Shown: positions 1 to 12,790, counted from the first letter of the stretch. The stretch is 64,000 nt of DNA from Tubulanus polymorphus (GCF_964204645.1 NC_134029.1:15556950-15620949), one strand, 5' to 3'. The notes: generated by a model from the sequence alone, not told the origin. Translations and numbers: made by a program.

Positions 1-1178
1 CTATTCATGTCAGCAGGTCAGAGAAGGCCTGGCCAAATTTAACCACATGGCTCAAATCAATTAGCCTTTCTGCGTGTGAATACTTCACTGTATTGTTTTA
101 AAAATAGGCCTATCGAGTGAATTAGTACAAAGACTGAATTAGACTTTAGGCTAGTCCTGACCAAATCCTATCCATGTTATAATTGCACCAGTTATAGTAA
201 CATCACTGTAGGGCCGACGAGAGGAGAAAAGTTGTGTTTGTAGTACATAGGCATGGTTGGCTTGTCGTACTCACTTAATACTTAAAATGCTGTTGTTACC
301 TGTACGTGACTGGTCGGTGATTTCTACAGGTTAGCTGTATGTGAGTACGTTGACGCTCAGACTTGCAATATTGGGATTCGAAACCAAACAAAAAAAATCC
401 AGTTGTAGTCCAGTGATTTACCCACCACGGTGCCAGAGAACGTAACTGCAGGGTGGATGAAATTTGATTAATCTGCAAACGCGCATGCGTGAAAGAATAG
501 AGTTTGGGTTAGGTGAGGCTAGGCTATTCGTAAATCAAATTTCATCCACCCTGCAGTTCCTATAGGAACTCACGTACGGCGTTTTTAGGGAACCTGTACG
601 GTTAACCTGTGGATATCACCGTACACTCACGTACGCGTAACAACTTCGTACTTAAAAAATGGTATTGGCTACTATATAATAGGCCTATAGACAAATAAAT
701 ACCGGTAGGCTTTCTTAGCTTCCACACTTCACAACCGAACCAACTGACCAACCAGTATATTTATTCCCAGTACGCACCAACCGGCATAGGCCTAACACTG
801 TTTGTCAACTGTGTGTACCGTAGTAGGCTATCGATAATCACCTGATACTTTGCTGTCGTTTGTTTTCTCTCTGAGACGAACGTAATTCTGCACCGTAATT
901 CTAGTAGCCCTCCGCGACTCAACGACCTTGATTTAAACTTGATAAATTCAAAATCTGTTTATTGACGCTTTTGTTTACATGAACTGATCAGCAATATACT
1001 TAAATGAAATAACCGGAATAACAAGAAATCAAAAATATTAAAGAGGTAACAAACAAATGCCCGTAAACCTGTCAGACACGCGAACGCCGGACTCGTAAAC
1101 TATTGGACTCGGACCCGCTGAGCAATAAATTCATAAAATTGACTTTGAAATTGATTGTGGAGAAGAGAGGGAATAATT
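1..1178. repeat. Copy 1 of a >=1.2-kb dispersed repeat, inverted relative to 14736-16003
   Basis: Position 1 (ctattcatgtcagcaggtcagagaagg) matches the reverse complement ending at 16003; similarity continues to gagagggaataat near 1175. Confidence 0.9.
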
Positions 1179-1193
1179 TTAATAAATTTACTT

Positions 1194-1394
1194 CTAATAA
1201 AAAACTAAAAAGGATCTATGATCAAAACTTTTATCCGATATATTATAAAAAGAATTACATAAACTTATATTTACTAAATTTAAATCTACACAATTTTTAA
1301 ATTCTCTATCTAATTGTACTAGTAAATTATGTGATTTATAGTTTGTAAGTTTTCTAGAATCAACAAATATTCTACATTCTTTTAATTCAACCAT
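1194..1394 (-). pseudogene. Minor capsid (penton) N-terminal fragment
   Basis: Near-identical to 24652-24846 (RIFVDSR...LDREFKNCVDL). Confidence 0.7.
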
Positions 1395-1464
1395 TATTTA
1401 TAACACAAAAAAATCAAAACCTCAAACCACTAAAAATAATTTTAATAAAATTTTTCCTATATAA

Positions 1465-2794
1465 ATGGATGACAAGATAGAATGTAAAATTTGTGGTGAA
1501 CTTCAAAGAAAAAGTAATATGGCTCGACATATGAAAAAACATGATAAAAATTACAAACCCCCTAAAATAAACTGCCCAAATTGTAATAATTTATTCTCAT
1601 GAAATTATGTTAAAAACATTCAGAGAAGTGTAAAATTAATGATTCAACGGTTAATGTTGATAACAACCAAAGTAATAATAATTCTGTTGAAACTGAGCCA
1701 GAAATTATTTGGAAAAGACCTTTCTTATTCTATGATAAGAATAATATAAAAGATCATTTCTGTGAGCCTTTTCGAATAAAATATAGCCCTGAAAATATAG
1801 AAGATTGGGAGAATCATCAATTTCGTAAAGCACATACAGATAAAATTTCTTAAATAGAAATAATTTAAAATAGATTTGAAGCAGAATTTAATGAAAGAAA
1901 AAAATAATATATTAGAAAAAGTAAAATACGAGAAAACGTTACTAGATAATAAAGAAATACTTGAAAAGTTGGAAAAACAATAAGACGAATTAGTAAGAAA
2001 AACTTATTATTGCAAATATTGTAAATTGATTATTACAACAAGTAATTCAAATTTACATAATAGAACAATAAAACATAAAGAAAACGTAAGAAAATACCTA
2101 GAACTTAATGAAGATCTATTGCCAAGATATGATAGAAACAAAAGCCTACGATGTATTTATGTGTACTTAAGACAAGAAGATTCTGTGATATTTTGTAATG
2201 AATGTGGATGGCAAAGAAATTTATGGGGTGATGAAAAACTAGAGATATTCTTATAGAACCAAAATTAAAATATCTAGATGAAATTTTTAAGATATTTTCT
2301 ATGGAAGATCATACACCAGAAGATAAGCAATGGCTTGAAAAATGAAAATGATAGAAATTAAAAATGGTGAAATAACTAAGAAAGATATAATAAAACCAAT
2401 TATTCCATCAACATGTAACACAAAAGAAAAGAAAATGTATTTGTATTTATTATTTAACGATTATTATAAAAAACCTAAATTAACAAAAGAAGATATGGAA
2501 AATATAAAAGAATCATTCACAAACATATTAAAATATTATGTGGATAATAAAATAACAGATTCATTGAATTATGAATTCTGTTTGAATAAGTTTGTACATT
2601 TTTTAAACATCGATATTATAATTCCATTTGATGAATTAACGAACACAAAGAAACAAAGAGAGCTAGATGAAATGTGGAATAATATAGAACTTTATTTAAA
2701 TGAGAAAAATGAAATGGAAGAACCTAAACAATTCAATGAAAATGAAGAAGCCAATAGTGATTTCGAGTATGATGATATTGATTTTCTGTTTTAA
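1465..2794 (+). pseudogene. Frameshifted Polinton accessory ORF with C2H2-type zinc fingers
   Basis: TAAATG start; CKICGE..RKSNMARHMKKH and YCKYCK..HNRTIKH; acidic C-terminus in ORF 2342-2794. Confidence 0.55.
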
Positions 2795-4460
2795 TGGCCA
2801 TAAGGTGATGTTTTTATTCCATCACCTAAAATATATCTTTTATTGTCGAATGGATTTAAGCTAGCTTTTTCATCTTCATGAATGTACATCTCGTGATCTT
2901 CTGATCTTAAACAATTCATTTTATGTTTCATTACAATTGAGTTATTATAAACACTTTATATAATCTTGAAATTCTATATGTTTGTCAACCACATGCTTTT
3001 TTATTCCTTTTAATTTTTTACCCTCATGATCTTTTGTTCTATAACTATACATTTTACTTCTTATCACAACAAATTCAATCATTTCATCACCCCGCAGTTC
3101 ATCTTTTAATTTACCAGGAATTTTCTTATTATCATTGCTAAATAATTCATGATGTTTTGGATAATTGCTAAAATCAAAATGATGTTTTAATGTTTTTAAG
3201 TCTTTTGTTATGTCATTTGTCTTGATTTTAAGTATGTAGGCGTCCGTATTGACCGCTATTAATGGAATTCCACAGTTAAATGTTCCATCTCCAGTTGTTA
3301 AATCATAAACATAATCTGTTGGGTTATATATTTCAAATAAATCTCTAACTTCTTCAGTTATTTCTTTTTCTGTGTGCCTTAGAATAAAACAATTTGGTTT
3401 AGATTTAATCAATCCAATATTCATATTAAAACCTAATGAATTGCATAATATATTTAATCCTGATATACCAACTTTTCCTTTTTGTGCAAATGTTATTACT
3501 GGAGAACTCGGAAATTTTTTAGCACCATCTGCTGCGTAGAATCCAATGAAGAACCATTTTCTGAAATTATCTTTTGCATTTAATACATAATCTGGAACTA
3601 TCTTTTCTTTTGTTGAGGTATTACTTTTAACTATTGCATGAATAAAGAATTCATCATTATATTTTATAGCAAAATCTTTAGGATTATTCACAAGTATTCT
3701 ATGAACTGCTGATGATTCTAAATGTTTTATTTGGATAAACATCTTCACAGCATTTTTTAATTCTTTCTAATAATTTCAAATCTTGATTGCATACATACCA
3801 ACAATATTTATTGCCCCAAACATAATTATACACACCTGCTGAACCATCACCCATGACAAATCCTTTGATAAAATATTCTTTTTCTTCTAATGTTTCAGGT
3901 TCTATATTATGAATATTATCAATTATTTCATCAATTGACATATAATTCATTCTTTGGAAAATTATTTTATGTAATGATTCATCTCCAATTTTTATATCAG
4001 TTGGTTTTATTTCATCACCATTTTGTTTAATTAAACTATGATCTTCAGAAACATCAACGAATCCTAATTTAGTTCTAACTCTATAGATTTTCTTATTTGT
4101 TTTATGCCTAATAATATTCTTTAATTTTTTCCATCCATTTCTTGTCCAAACATCTATTAATCCATTTATTTGTATTAATTCTTTTTCACCATATGAAATA
4201 TAAAGTTCATTTTGTTTTGGAAATATTTCTGAAATTCTTCTAATTAATATTTGGTTATTGAATTTTAATAATATTGGGGTATCAGCTATTCCAGAATCAA
4301 AATATAATATTTCAATATGTTTTTCCCCAAAAAGTGGTTGTAAAACATTATAATAAAAATCATACATTAATAATTTTGATATTTCTAAAACAGTTGAACC
4401 AATGAATATAGGTTTATTAAATTTCATTGACGTTCTTTTTGAATTTTACTGCTGTTAAAT
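2791..4460 (-). pseudogene. pPolB C-terminal fragment interrupted by an intein
   Basis: FNKPIFIGSTVLEISKLLMYDFYY..ILYFD|intein|TDAYIL..FDFSNYP..KLKDE..RSKMYSY..LNPFDNKRYIL; co-linear with the intein-free pol at 25247-25930. Confidence 0.93.
3248..4295 (-). mobile_element. Intein with LAGLIDADG homing endonuclease at PolB motif C (Pol-c site); one frameshift near 3720
   Basis: Block A SGIADTPIL; block B VDVSEDHSL; LAGLIDADG motifs FIKGFVMGDGS and FFIGFYAADGA; block F YVYDLTT; block G LIAVN|T with +1 Thr. Confidence 0.93.
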
Positions 4461-5016
4461 AATCCTTTTTGCTATAAATTCATTACAAACTTCAAATTTT
4501 ATTTCATCCACATTCATATTTTCTAATTGTTCTTTTCTTTCATTGGAATTTTCTGGAGTTTCAAAATCGATAACATTTTTTTATGATTTGCAGTTTTTTC
4601 ATGCCGAGCTTTATTAGATTTATCAATGTATTTTTACAATATTTACAATAATATCGATTTTCATTAACATCATTTTTTTTCTGTCTGGTAAACACTGTCT
4701 CCCATTTATTAGGGAAAAAATTACTTGTGGTGATGAGTGATTTAAAAAAGCAAAAAAAAATTTGATTCATTAAAAAATTAAATGAACCTGGATCATATGA
4801 GCGCGGTCACCTTCCCCCTGTATATAGCAAACACGCTATCAACCGTTTTCATTAGTGCCTCACTGCATCGATCTATCCGAGCGCAGCTGGTACACAATCA
4901 CTGTACTACTATATATAGCACAACGCTATCGACCGTTCTCGTCAGCGCCTCGATCAATCAAATTGTCCAGATAAGTCAATTCGGATTCTTAATATTTAAT
5001 TAATTTTATCATCAAT

Positions 5017-5346
5017 TTATTTTTTAACAACTTCTAAATCATGATGCCCGTCTTCATTTTGCCCATGGTAAATTATTTTAAATCCTTCTAAATCTTTTAA
5101 TTCCTCTGTACTTAATGAAACCCATTTATCAGGTAAAAATACTTTAAATTCTCGCGTTGTACTAACATTACAGTAACTTAAATTTGCTGATACTTTCTCT
5201 CCATGTTTAGTTTTAATCTTTTCTAATTTCAATGTTTTATGTCCAATTTCTTTTGTAACATCGACTAACTTTTTTATTTCAAATTGTTTTTTGCTGGTTT
5301 TATTGCGTTATTTATTGTTGCTAAGAATGCTTTTCTATCTCCCATT
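5017..5346 (-). pseudogene. Small Polinton ORF (TKxG..FLPxxW..YxG family), frameshifted; possibly OB-fold/SSB-like
   Basis: Homologous to 59303-59630 and, more distantly, to 24864-25217 and 46272-46610; function is inferred only. Confidence 0.5.
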
Positions 5347-6565
5347 TATTATGGGAAAAAATTACTTGTGGTGAGGAGTGGTGTGTCGTCCTCTCGTCCT
5401 CTGATCTGAACCCCTGATATTCCAATTACTGCTATCATGCACAAAGGTCCATGGGGTAGTTAGCTACGGCACATTTCCAATATGATCATTACAGCGCGCA
5501 TCTTTATTTTCACGTCACTGCTCTCCACATATCAAATAATTTGCGATATCTTGTAAACTTTGTTTGTGGGGTAGGCCCATGGATGTAACGATCGAAAATT
5601 AGTTTTTCGTTTATCCAATACGATCGCCACGGTGGACATCTTGAATTGCTTGGTTGTGCTCAACTCACATAAAATAACAAACGATTTCTTTTCAACTTGG
5701 TTTGTCAAATGGGGTAAGCTCATGGATAAAACCTATAAAAACACCGTTGTCGCTCTTCCACGGGCTACCACGGCAGACATCTTCAATTTCTTGTTAGCGC
5801 TACACACATCAAATAACATGCGATTTATCGATAACTTGATTTGTGTAAAGGGGTAGATCCAAGGATGAAACCTATCAAAAAATGAGCTTTCTCGCTCCTT
5901 TAATGTGGCCGGCACGGAGAACATTTTTTGAATATTGAATATCTTGAATATATTGTTAGCGCCCAACGCACATCAAGTCAATCATTTCTTTTGATTTTGG
6001 TTGAAGTGTTGGATAGGATAGCTCGATAGATGAAATCTATCAAAAGTAGTCTATTCACTCACCCAAGAAGGCCGTCAGAGCGGGCACCTTGAACATCTTG
6101 TGAGCGCTCTACACACATCAAATGATGTGCGATATCTTGGTATCTGTAATGGGGTTGGTACGACGTGAAATACATCTATTAGAAATAATAAGCGTTTTCA
6201 CTCGTCTACCATGCGTTAATGGCGGACATCTTGTTTGCCCTCTCCCTCATCCAAGGAAGAATTTTCAGAAGACATAACGGGGAAAACATGCTTGGTTTTA
6301 AACCACTTTTTAGGTAAAACGGTTTTAAGAAGATGGCACCGACAAGACCAGGTACGACCCGAACCGGTCGTATTCAGGTGGCATTGAAATCTTTGTGTTA
6401 TTTCATCATTGTTGTTCATATCAGACGTCGACAATCACTTAAGTAGGGTTAACATAGATCTATCACATGTTATTAACGTCTAAGTGATAGTGATTTGAGG
6501 CTAAAATGTCTCTAGGTTACGGTCTCCGCATTGATTGCTGCAATCAATTCTTTCTGAATTTTCAG

Positions 6566-6694
6566 ATGATGATGAATGCCGCACTGGGAGGAATAATTGT
6601 GTGGGTAATGCCATTTGTGTAAACGAACCTGGTCGTTATAGATGCAAGTGTCCGAATGGTTACGACTTACAACCAGATCGCTCTTCGTGCAGAG
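6566..6694 (+). CDS. Fibrillin-like host gene, cbEGF exon
   Basis: ttttcag|...|gtaaaa, 129 nt, phase 1; DDDECRTGRNNCVGNAICVNEPGRYRCKCPNGYDLQPDRSSCR fits the cbEGF consensus. Confidence 0.93.
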
Positions 6695-7260
6695 GTAAAA
6701 TTACTAGGCGCATCATGATGCTGACTGTTTAAACATGATATTCCACCGAATATATTCATAATACATTATATACATCTACATTGACAAGGTTAATTCTTGG
6801 TGGTAGATTTTCGTCACGATTGATATCGCTAATTGATCAGGCCTGCGTTTTTCGAAGCGGTGTTAAGTTTTCCCTTTGATAAGACTATTCCAGTGTTAAA
6901 TTTAACTATCCCGGTGATTGTTATCACAGGGATAACTTCTCGTTTTTCAAAGCATTTTACCCCAGTGATAACTATCACCGGGATAAGATCATTTATCCCA
7001 GTGATAAAAATAAGAAAATGGCCGACATTTCAGCCTAATCTCTCACTTCAAGAACTAACTTATAGGATTTCTTCAACATCACAGGATCACTGAGGCTACA
7101 CAGTGGTGTTTTAATATATTTTGTATATCTTATGTCACATATATGGATGTAGTATTGCCATCAGTAACCGTGCAACCATAACAATGAAAAAGAAATCAAT
7201 ATTTTGTTCCTATGTCTCTGTACAAGACCACAATTTAAGTCCGACAGTCACAGACACACA

Positions 7261-8491
7261 ATGGATAAATTTTCTGAGGACAAGAATTCTAACCTAAAAA
7301 GGAAACGAAAAGCTAATTTTACTTCGAGTGAGCGTGTTATTCTAACTGAAATTGTGAAGGCTAATGAAGATGTACTATTTTCAAAACTAACAAACACTGT
7401 AACGAATATCAAGAAACAGAAGTTCTGGGAGTCAATTGTCGCTAAAATTAATAGTCTAAGGTATCTGCGAAAGGACTGTTAGTGAGGTGAAAGATAAATG
7501 GAAGCACTGCGTTTCAGGCGCAAAAAAAGTTTGTCGCTTACGAAAAACGATATAAAGAAAACAGGAGGTGGCCCACCCACAGTGACATTAAACGACACGG
7601 ATGAAGTAATTTTGGTTATTTTTGAAGACTGTCCTTCTTTTCATGGAATCGATACCGGTATAGAAACAGATCGTAAGTTTGATAAACAAAAATTAACCCA
7701 TTGTTTTCTTAATGACGCCCTCAAAGAATCATTAAATTTAAAACAGCAATATACAGTTTTGACAGTTTTATATCTTGAAGGCCGAATTATTTAAACTGCA
7801 GTTATTTGTAGTAGTCCGCAGGTAGGCCTGCATATATTTTATTCTTACATTTCAGGCTTTGACAGTAGGTCTACTATTACCAGTCTACCGCCTACAGCTA
7901 CAATTTCGAAACAACCAGAAATTGATGAAAGACCAATCTTAACTGAAGGTAGGCCTAGCTGATTGTATCTATTGTATTGCATATTATATTCTTTCTTATG
8001 TAATATGCGATTGTCACATGAATACTATGCAAAATCTACCAGCTTTTGCTTTGTTCCATGAATGGATCAATTCAAATATTTCAATCTTGATTCCCTTTCA
8101 CAGTACCTCAGCAACTCACGAATGTGTCTAAAATAAGTGACGCCACAACATCAAATGACTGCAAGGAAGGTACGAAATGTCATGTCGTTCATAAACGAAA
8201 AAATGAAATATACAATAAATGCCTTATCGATAAACATGTAATATTTATTGTAACGGTTATAATAAGATTTCATTTACAGATATGGAGGCCACTTCGAACA
8301 AACCAAAGATTCCTCAGCAAATCCGTGTAACTCAGGATATGATTCGGCGGGTTCAATACGAAAATCTGAAATTAGATAGTGAAAGATTGCGCTTGACAAA
8401 AACCAACTTGGAACTTCAAAATGAAAAGATTATTTTGGAAATATATTTACTGCAGCAGCAGAATGGCGTAAAAGTTGTTAATGAACAATGA
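7261..8491 (+). pseudogene. Harbinger Myb/SANT-like DNA-binding protein, spliced and frameshifted
   Basis: KRKANFTSSERVILTEIV..KKQKFWESIVAKINS..ERTVSEVKDKW..KKTGGGPP; coiled-coil last exon. Confidence 0.85.
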
Positions 8492-8689
8492 TTTAACAAA
8501 TAAGATACATGTTTGTCTTATTTTAACCAGCCAACAGGCTTCCGAAATTCATCCGTTCAAAGTTTATATGTTTAATGATTTTCAGATATTTGTCTTTTTC
8601 GACATTTTTCAATGAGTTTAATTACATGAATAGATTATATTTAACGGATATGAGCTTTCTTGTTTTCTTTAGAAATCCAAACGCAAAAC

Positions 8690-10148
8690 GCACCAGTTAT
8701 ATGAAAAAGTCTGCACAATATGATTCCTCACAGCATTGCCAATATCTCGTCCTTCATACGGCTCCAACCAAATCGGAATTTGTTGTTGTGGTTCATATTC
8801 TATGTCAGGTTCTCCAAATTCTATGGCTAGATTATGCAACGCAAAGCACGCCGCAATTACATGACAACAACATGCTGGTTTCAATTGCAGTTCACCATGA
8901 AGAACTTGAAAATAATGTATAGAAAAATTAGTATCCTATTTCTCTATAGTTGATTTGATTGTCTGATAGAGTCTCAATCAGTTAATCAACTGCAATTAAT
9001 TGTTTATCCCCTTGAAGTATGTATCCGTGTTTTTCAAGAAAATAGAAAATCGCGATTTAATCGATGCATCGTAAAAACCTAAAATAAATGTAGTTCTTGA
9101 AAAGTGGAAGTTGAATTCTAGTCATAGTTGCTTCCCAGCAATTGAGTAATTTGATGATTACCAAAAAACGTTTTTTTTTCAATTTTCCAAAAGCCATTTC
9201 AATTTGTACTCTTGATGATGTATGCGCTCGGTTGTAACGCTCCTGTCCTAGATTACTTGGCCGCAAATATGGTGTCATTAGGTATGATGAGCAACCATAG
9301 CCACTATCACCAATAATCAATCCGTCTTCAAGGGTTCTGTAATTATCTTCTAAATATCTAAAATGCAATTTTCAGACAATATAAATGAATTAATTTAGAC
9401 AATATAAATTTAAACAAGGTACCAATTTTTTACCTCTTGAGTGCCGAGTTGCGAAAAATATGTGAGTCATGGCAGGAGCCTGGCCACTTCGCTACAACAT
9501 TGATAGATTTACCTATTTAAAAGAAAGTTGATTTACTGATAAACTCGATACTGACAGAATAAACCAACAAACAAGAAGCAAAACATACCTGTATGGTCAC
9601 ATACTGCCTGGGTATTTATTGAATGAAATCCTTTTCTATTAACATATGCATTTTCATTCTCTTGCGGGCCCTTGATACGAATCTGCGTACAATCAATTGC
9701 ACCAATACAATAAGGAAAACCTCCAAAATCGTAGAAACCTTGGCGTATTCGATTTTTATCCTGATTTGTGGTCGGCCAGACTATATATTCGTTACTTTTC
9801 CTGGCAAGCGCCTCTGATACTCTATGGACACATTTCCAAACAGTTGATTTAACAAGACCAAATGCCACCCAGTGCTTCCAAATAACTACCCGTTGCGTAA
9901 TATCGGAGAGCATCCTTCACTTGTAACTCAGCAGAAAGTGCTTTGGAACGTTGTGTATCATACGTTATATCTTCTCGAATTAAATCTGTTATTCGTGTGA
10001 TATTTTCCGAAGTAAATCTATATTTCTGTCTCACTTCATTTTCTTAATAATCATTAATTGCAAATTTAACTGTTTCGTGATATCGATAGCGGCGTGAGTG
10101 TCTATAAATTCGTTGTTGATAGATATCATCATAAAAAATGGCAGCCAT
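8690..10148 (-). pseudogene. Harbinger DDE transposase (HARBI1/DDE_Tnp_4 family), intron-containing, frameshifted
   Basis: KYRFT..ALRYYATGSY; GFPYCIGAIDCTQI..YVNRKGFHSINTQAVCD; KWPGSCHDSHIF; LIIGDSGY..RYNRAH..IEMAFGKLK; ACFALHN. Confidence 0.92.
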
Positions 10149-11744
10149 TTTGATAATTTATCCTGGTGATAGTGTTGCTATCACCACGTCGGAGGTGTGT
10201 TAACTTTATCACTGGGATAGCTGATTTTATCCCGGTGATAAAGTTAACACAGGTTTGAAAAACACACTATCCCAGTGATAAAAATATTTAACACCGGGAT
10301 AGCGATTTATCACCGGGATAGGGCTTATCACCGCTTTGAAAAACGCAGCCCAGTTTGATGCGGTCAGATTATAGGGGCTATCGGATAAGTCTGATACGCA
10401 TATAGTCCGCTCTCCTGAAAGCCGCAGGATGAAATAAAGCGTCGATAAGTTGTTTCGAAACTCAAATCAACAAAAATGCAAAGAATTAAATCCAGAAAAA
10501 ATTGTATATTTTATTGTTGGTTGACAAGAAGGTCTGGACTTCTCCATCTACCGACCACATAATTGTTCTCCTTTGAGACTGGCTTGGGCGGTCGCTATTA
10601 GTCGAGGAATTGGACTGACTCTCCTTCTCCCACTTGCAGCTTTTGTGGCTCGTTTAATGAACCCCTTGTTTCCAAGGTGCAGCATACATGAAAAACCATA
10701 TCTATCATAGATGAATGGCAAGACCTGTTATTATCTACATTGGGAACGGATGTATGAAATAAAGTCACACCCTAATTGTATCATAAAAGTCACACTCTCA
10801 GTATGTCGTGCATGTGTCATACTCTCCGTACGTCGTGCATGGGTGCATCCGAACCAATTCTTCACCACACACTTCTTTGTACCCGTTTAAGGTAATTTCA
10901 TGAAAATCGTTATACTCATTTAGGGTATAGTTGCATATGTTGCTCTTGAAGGAAAACTTGATACTTTGTCAGGGGCCTTAGTTGTATTTTTTCTCAGTGA
11001 CCGTTCAAGATAATTTCATGATTTCGAGATAAAATTTGAAACTAACTCTGGGCGTCGATCGGCCGGGCGCCTTGTCCGACACTGGTATCCCGCGAGAAAC
11101 CCCCATTTTTGGAAAATTTCGCTATTCCGGGATTCCACGATATGACGACACCAGATTACTCATCACAAATGAGGATGGCTGACGCTTCTATCGAGTTCGT
11201 GATTGTGTTCCGCAATAAAGTTTCTACTTCGTTCGGTCTTGTAGCACCAGGTGAAATGTAACTTTCAGTTGTAAGTTTGCGTTTCCTTTTACTCCAGGGA
11301 GAGACACACTAAATGATTGGAAGGTTGGTAGCGAAGCAGTTGGTAGATAGGAGTCTGATCGGTATTAGGGTGATCTGTGTGTATTTTATGACCAGCACAC
11401 GGACCACAACGATCATTGTCAATTCGGCAGGTGATGCCTATGCGTTAAAAAACCATAACAACATAGCGTTAACAATTCACGCTAATGCGACAATATTAGC
11501 GAAGAGTGCGACATGCGAGGCGTGTGAAGAAAAATGTGGAGTAAAGAGTTACAGAATATATAAAGTTTACAGTGGCGGTAGTCGAAGCTGGGCCAGCAAG
11601 TTACAAGCATAGCAAGTTTCCACTCGACCACCTCATGCACTCCTCATGACAATCATTAACTCCATGACGCTGAAAGACCCAGCCATTGTATTGTGACGTG
11701 CACCTTATCCTATAAAGCTTTATACTTTACGGAATTAATAAAAA

Positions 11745-12525
11745 TTAATTGAATTGATCCCTCCCCCATTTTGTCCAAAATTTAACGATTCTCAGTTTAA
11801 CATAAGTCTCTAAAGGATAGCGCCCAAGCTCATCGTAGATAAATACACTAGACGTAGATCTTTTCAATCTGAGTAGATATTTAAAAAATTGTAGCTGAAC
11901 ACGTTTGAGGACCAGTGTGTTCTCAAAAACCCTAAATTTCACTGCCAAATAGCAATATTGGTAATACCATACTATCATAAAGTTTCAAGGTCAGATCTAG
12001 GTCTAATGAATGTTCACTTGGCTTTTTTGATACAAAAAATACCGCTTTCATAGCTTGAACCGAAAGATTTTTACGACATTGTGTGAACGATCCAGTGTAT
12101 GAAAAGAGAACACCCAGGACCTTGAACTTATCAACTATTTCTAATTTGTGGCCATTAATGTAAAATTCTGGTACGATTCTTAATCTTCTTTTTGAGAAGA
12201 TAATGACCTTTGTCTTATCATCATTAATCGCAAGTTTCCATTCTTGGCAATATTCGCAGAGATTATCTACAAGTTTTTGGATTCCCTCGGGCGAATCACT
12301 TAATAAACCGTGTCATCAGCATACATGTTAGGTCCGAAAAAATCTAGAGTTGGACTATTTCGTTCTAATAGATAGCTTTCCAGGTCGTTTAAAATGATAG
12401 AAAATAACATAGGAGACAGATTTTCACCTTGTCTTACCCCTAAATAGCTATCAAAAAATCTGACATTTTATTATCAGAAAAAAACACATGATTTGATACC
12501 TTGATACATATTATGTATAGTTAAT
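11745..12525 (-). mobile_element. Non-LTR retrotransposon (LINE) reverse transcriptase fragment
   Basis: GVRQGENLSPMLFSIILNDL near 12380-12440; YADDT near 12310-12325; WKLAINDDKTKVIIF; ELGRYPL tail. Confidence 0.88.
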
Positions 12526-12529
12526 AAAG

Positions 12530-12790
12530 TTAAAGAATTCTAGTATTGACTACTGATACTAGCTATTTGAATTTAAAGAATTTCTATTTGAATCTATTCA
12601 AAATATAAAGTACTCTCTTTTTGAACAGAAAATATAAAAAATATAATAGAACTCACTAGCTAGTTGAAGTTATTTTTTTTTTTATATTTTATTTATATTA
12701 GGATTTAATATCTCACTACTATTGTCTATCTATTAGGAGCAGTAATTATAACTGTCCAGATAAGTCATTTCGGATTGTCGATAATAAATC
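12530..12790. mobile_element. Polinton subterminal non-coding fragment
   Basis: ctcactactattgtc...tgtccagataagtcatttcggatt matches the reverse complement of 59686-59750; the motif also occurs at 4964. Confidence 0.65.

Larger units (their letters stand above)
1179..5430 (-). mobile_element. Polinton/Maverick (adintovirus-like) fragment A with right terminus
   Basis: Penton N-terminal fragment, pPolB C-terminus, and terminus ...ccaattact at 5430, homologous to termini at 48148, 54090 and 59219. Confidence 0.88.
6841..10350. mobile_element. PIF/Harbinger DNA transposon (decayed), 3-bp TSD CAG
   Basis: TIRs gcctgcgtttttcgaagcggtg / caccgctttgaaaaacgcagcc; CAG at 6838-6840 and 10351-10353; convergent Myb-like and transposase genes. 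Confidence 0.93.

Noticed and set aside
505-526. Telomere-like gggttaggtgaggctagg
   Set aside because: Too short and degenerate; lies inside a dispersed repeat
3248-4295. Hedgehog-type Hint domain, or microbial contamination
   Set aside because: It has two LAGLIDADG motifs and a terminal Asn|Thr, sits precisely in pol motif C, and its exteins match a neighbouring Polinton within animal intronic DNA
6535-6732. Stand-alone small EGF ORFs (also 34122-34310)
   Set aside because: They are internal exons read through into flanking intron sequence
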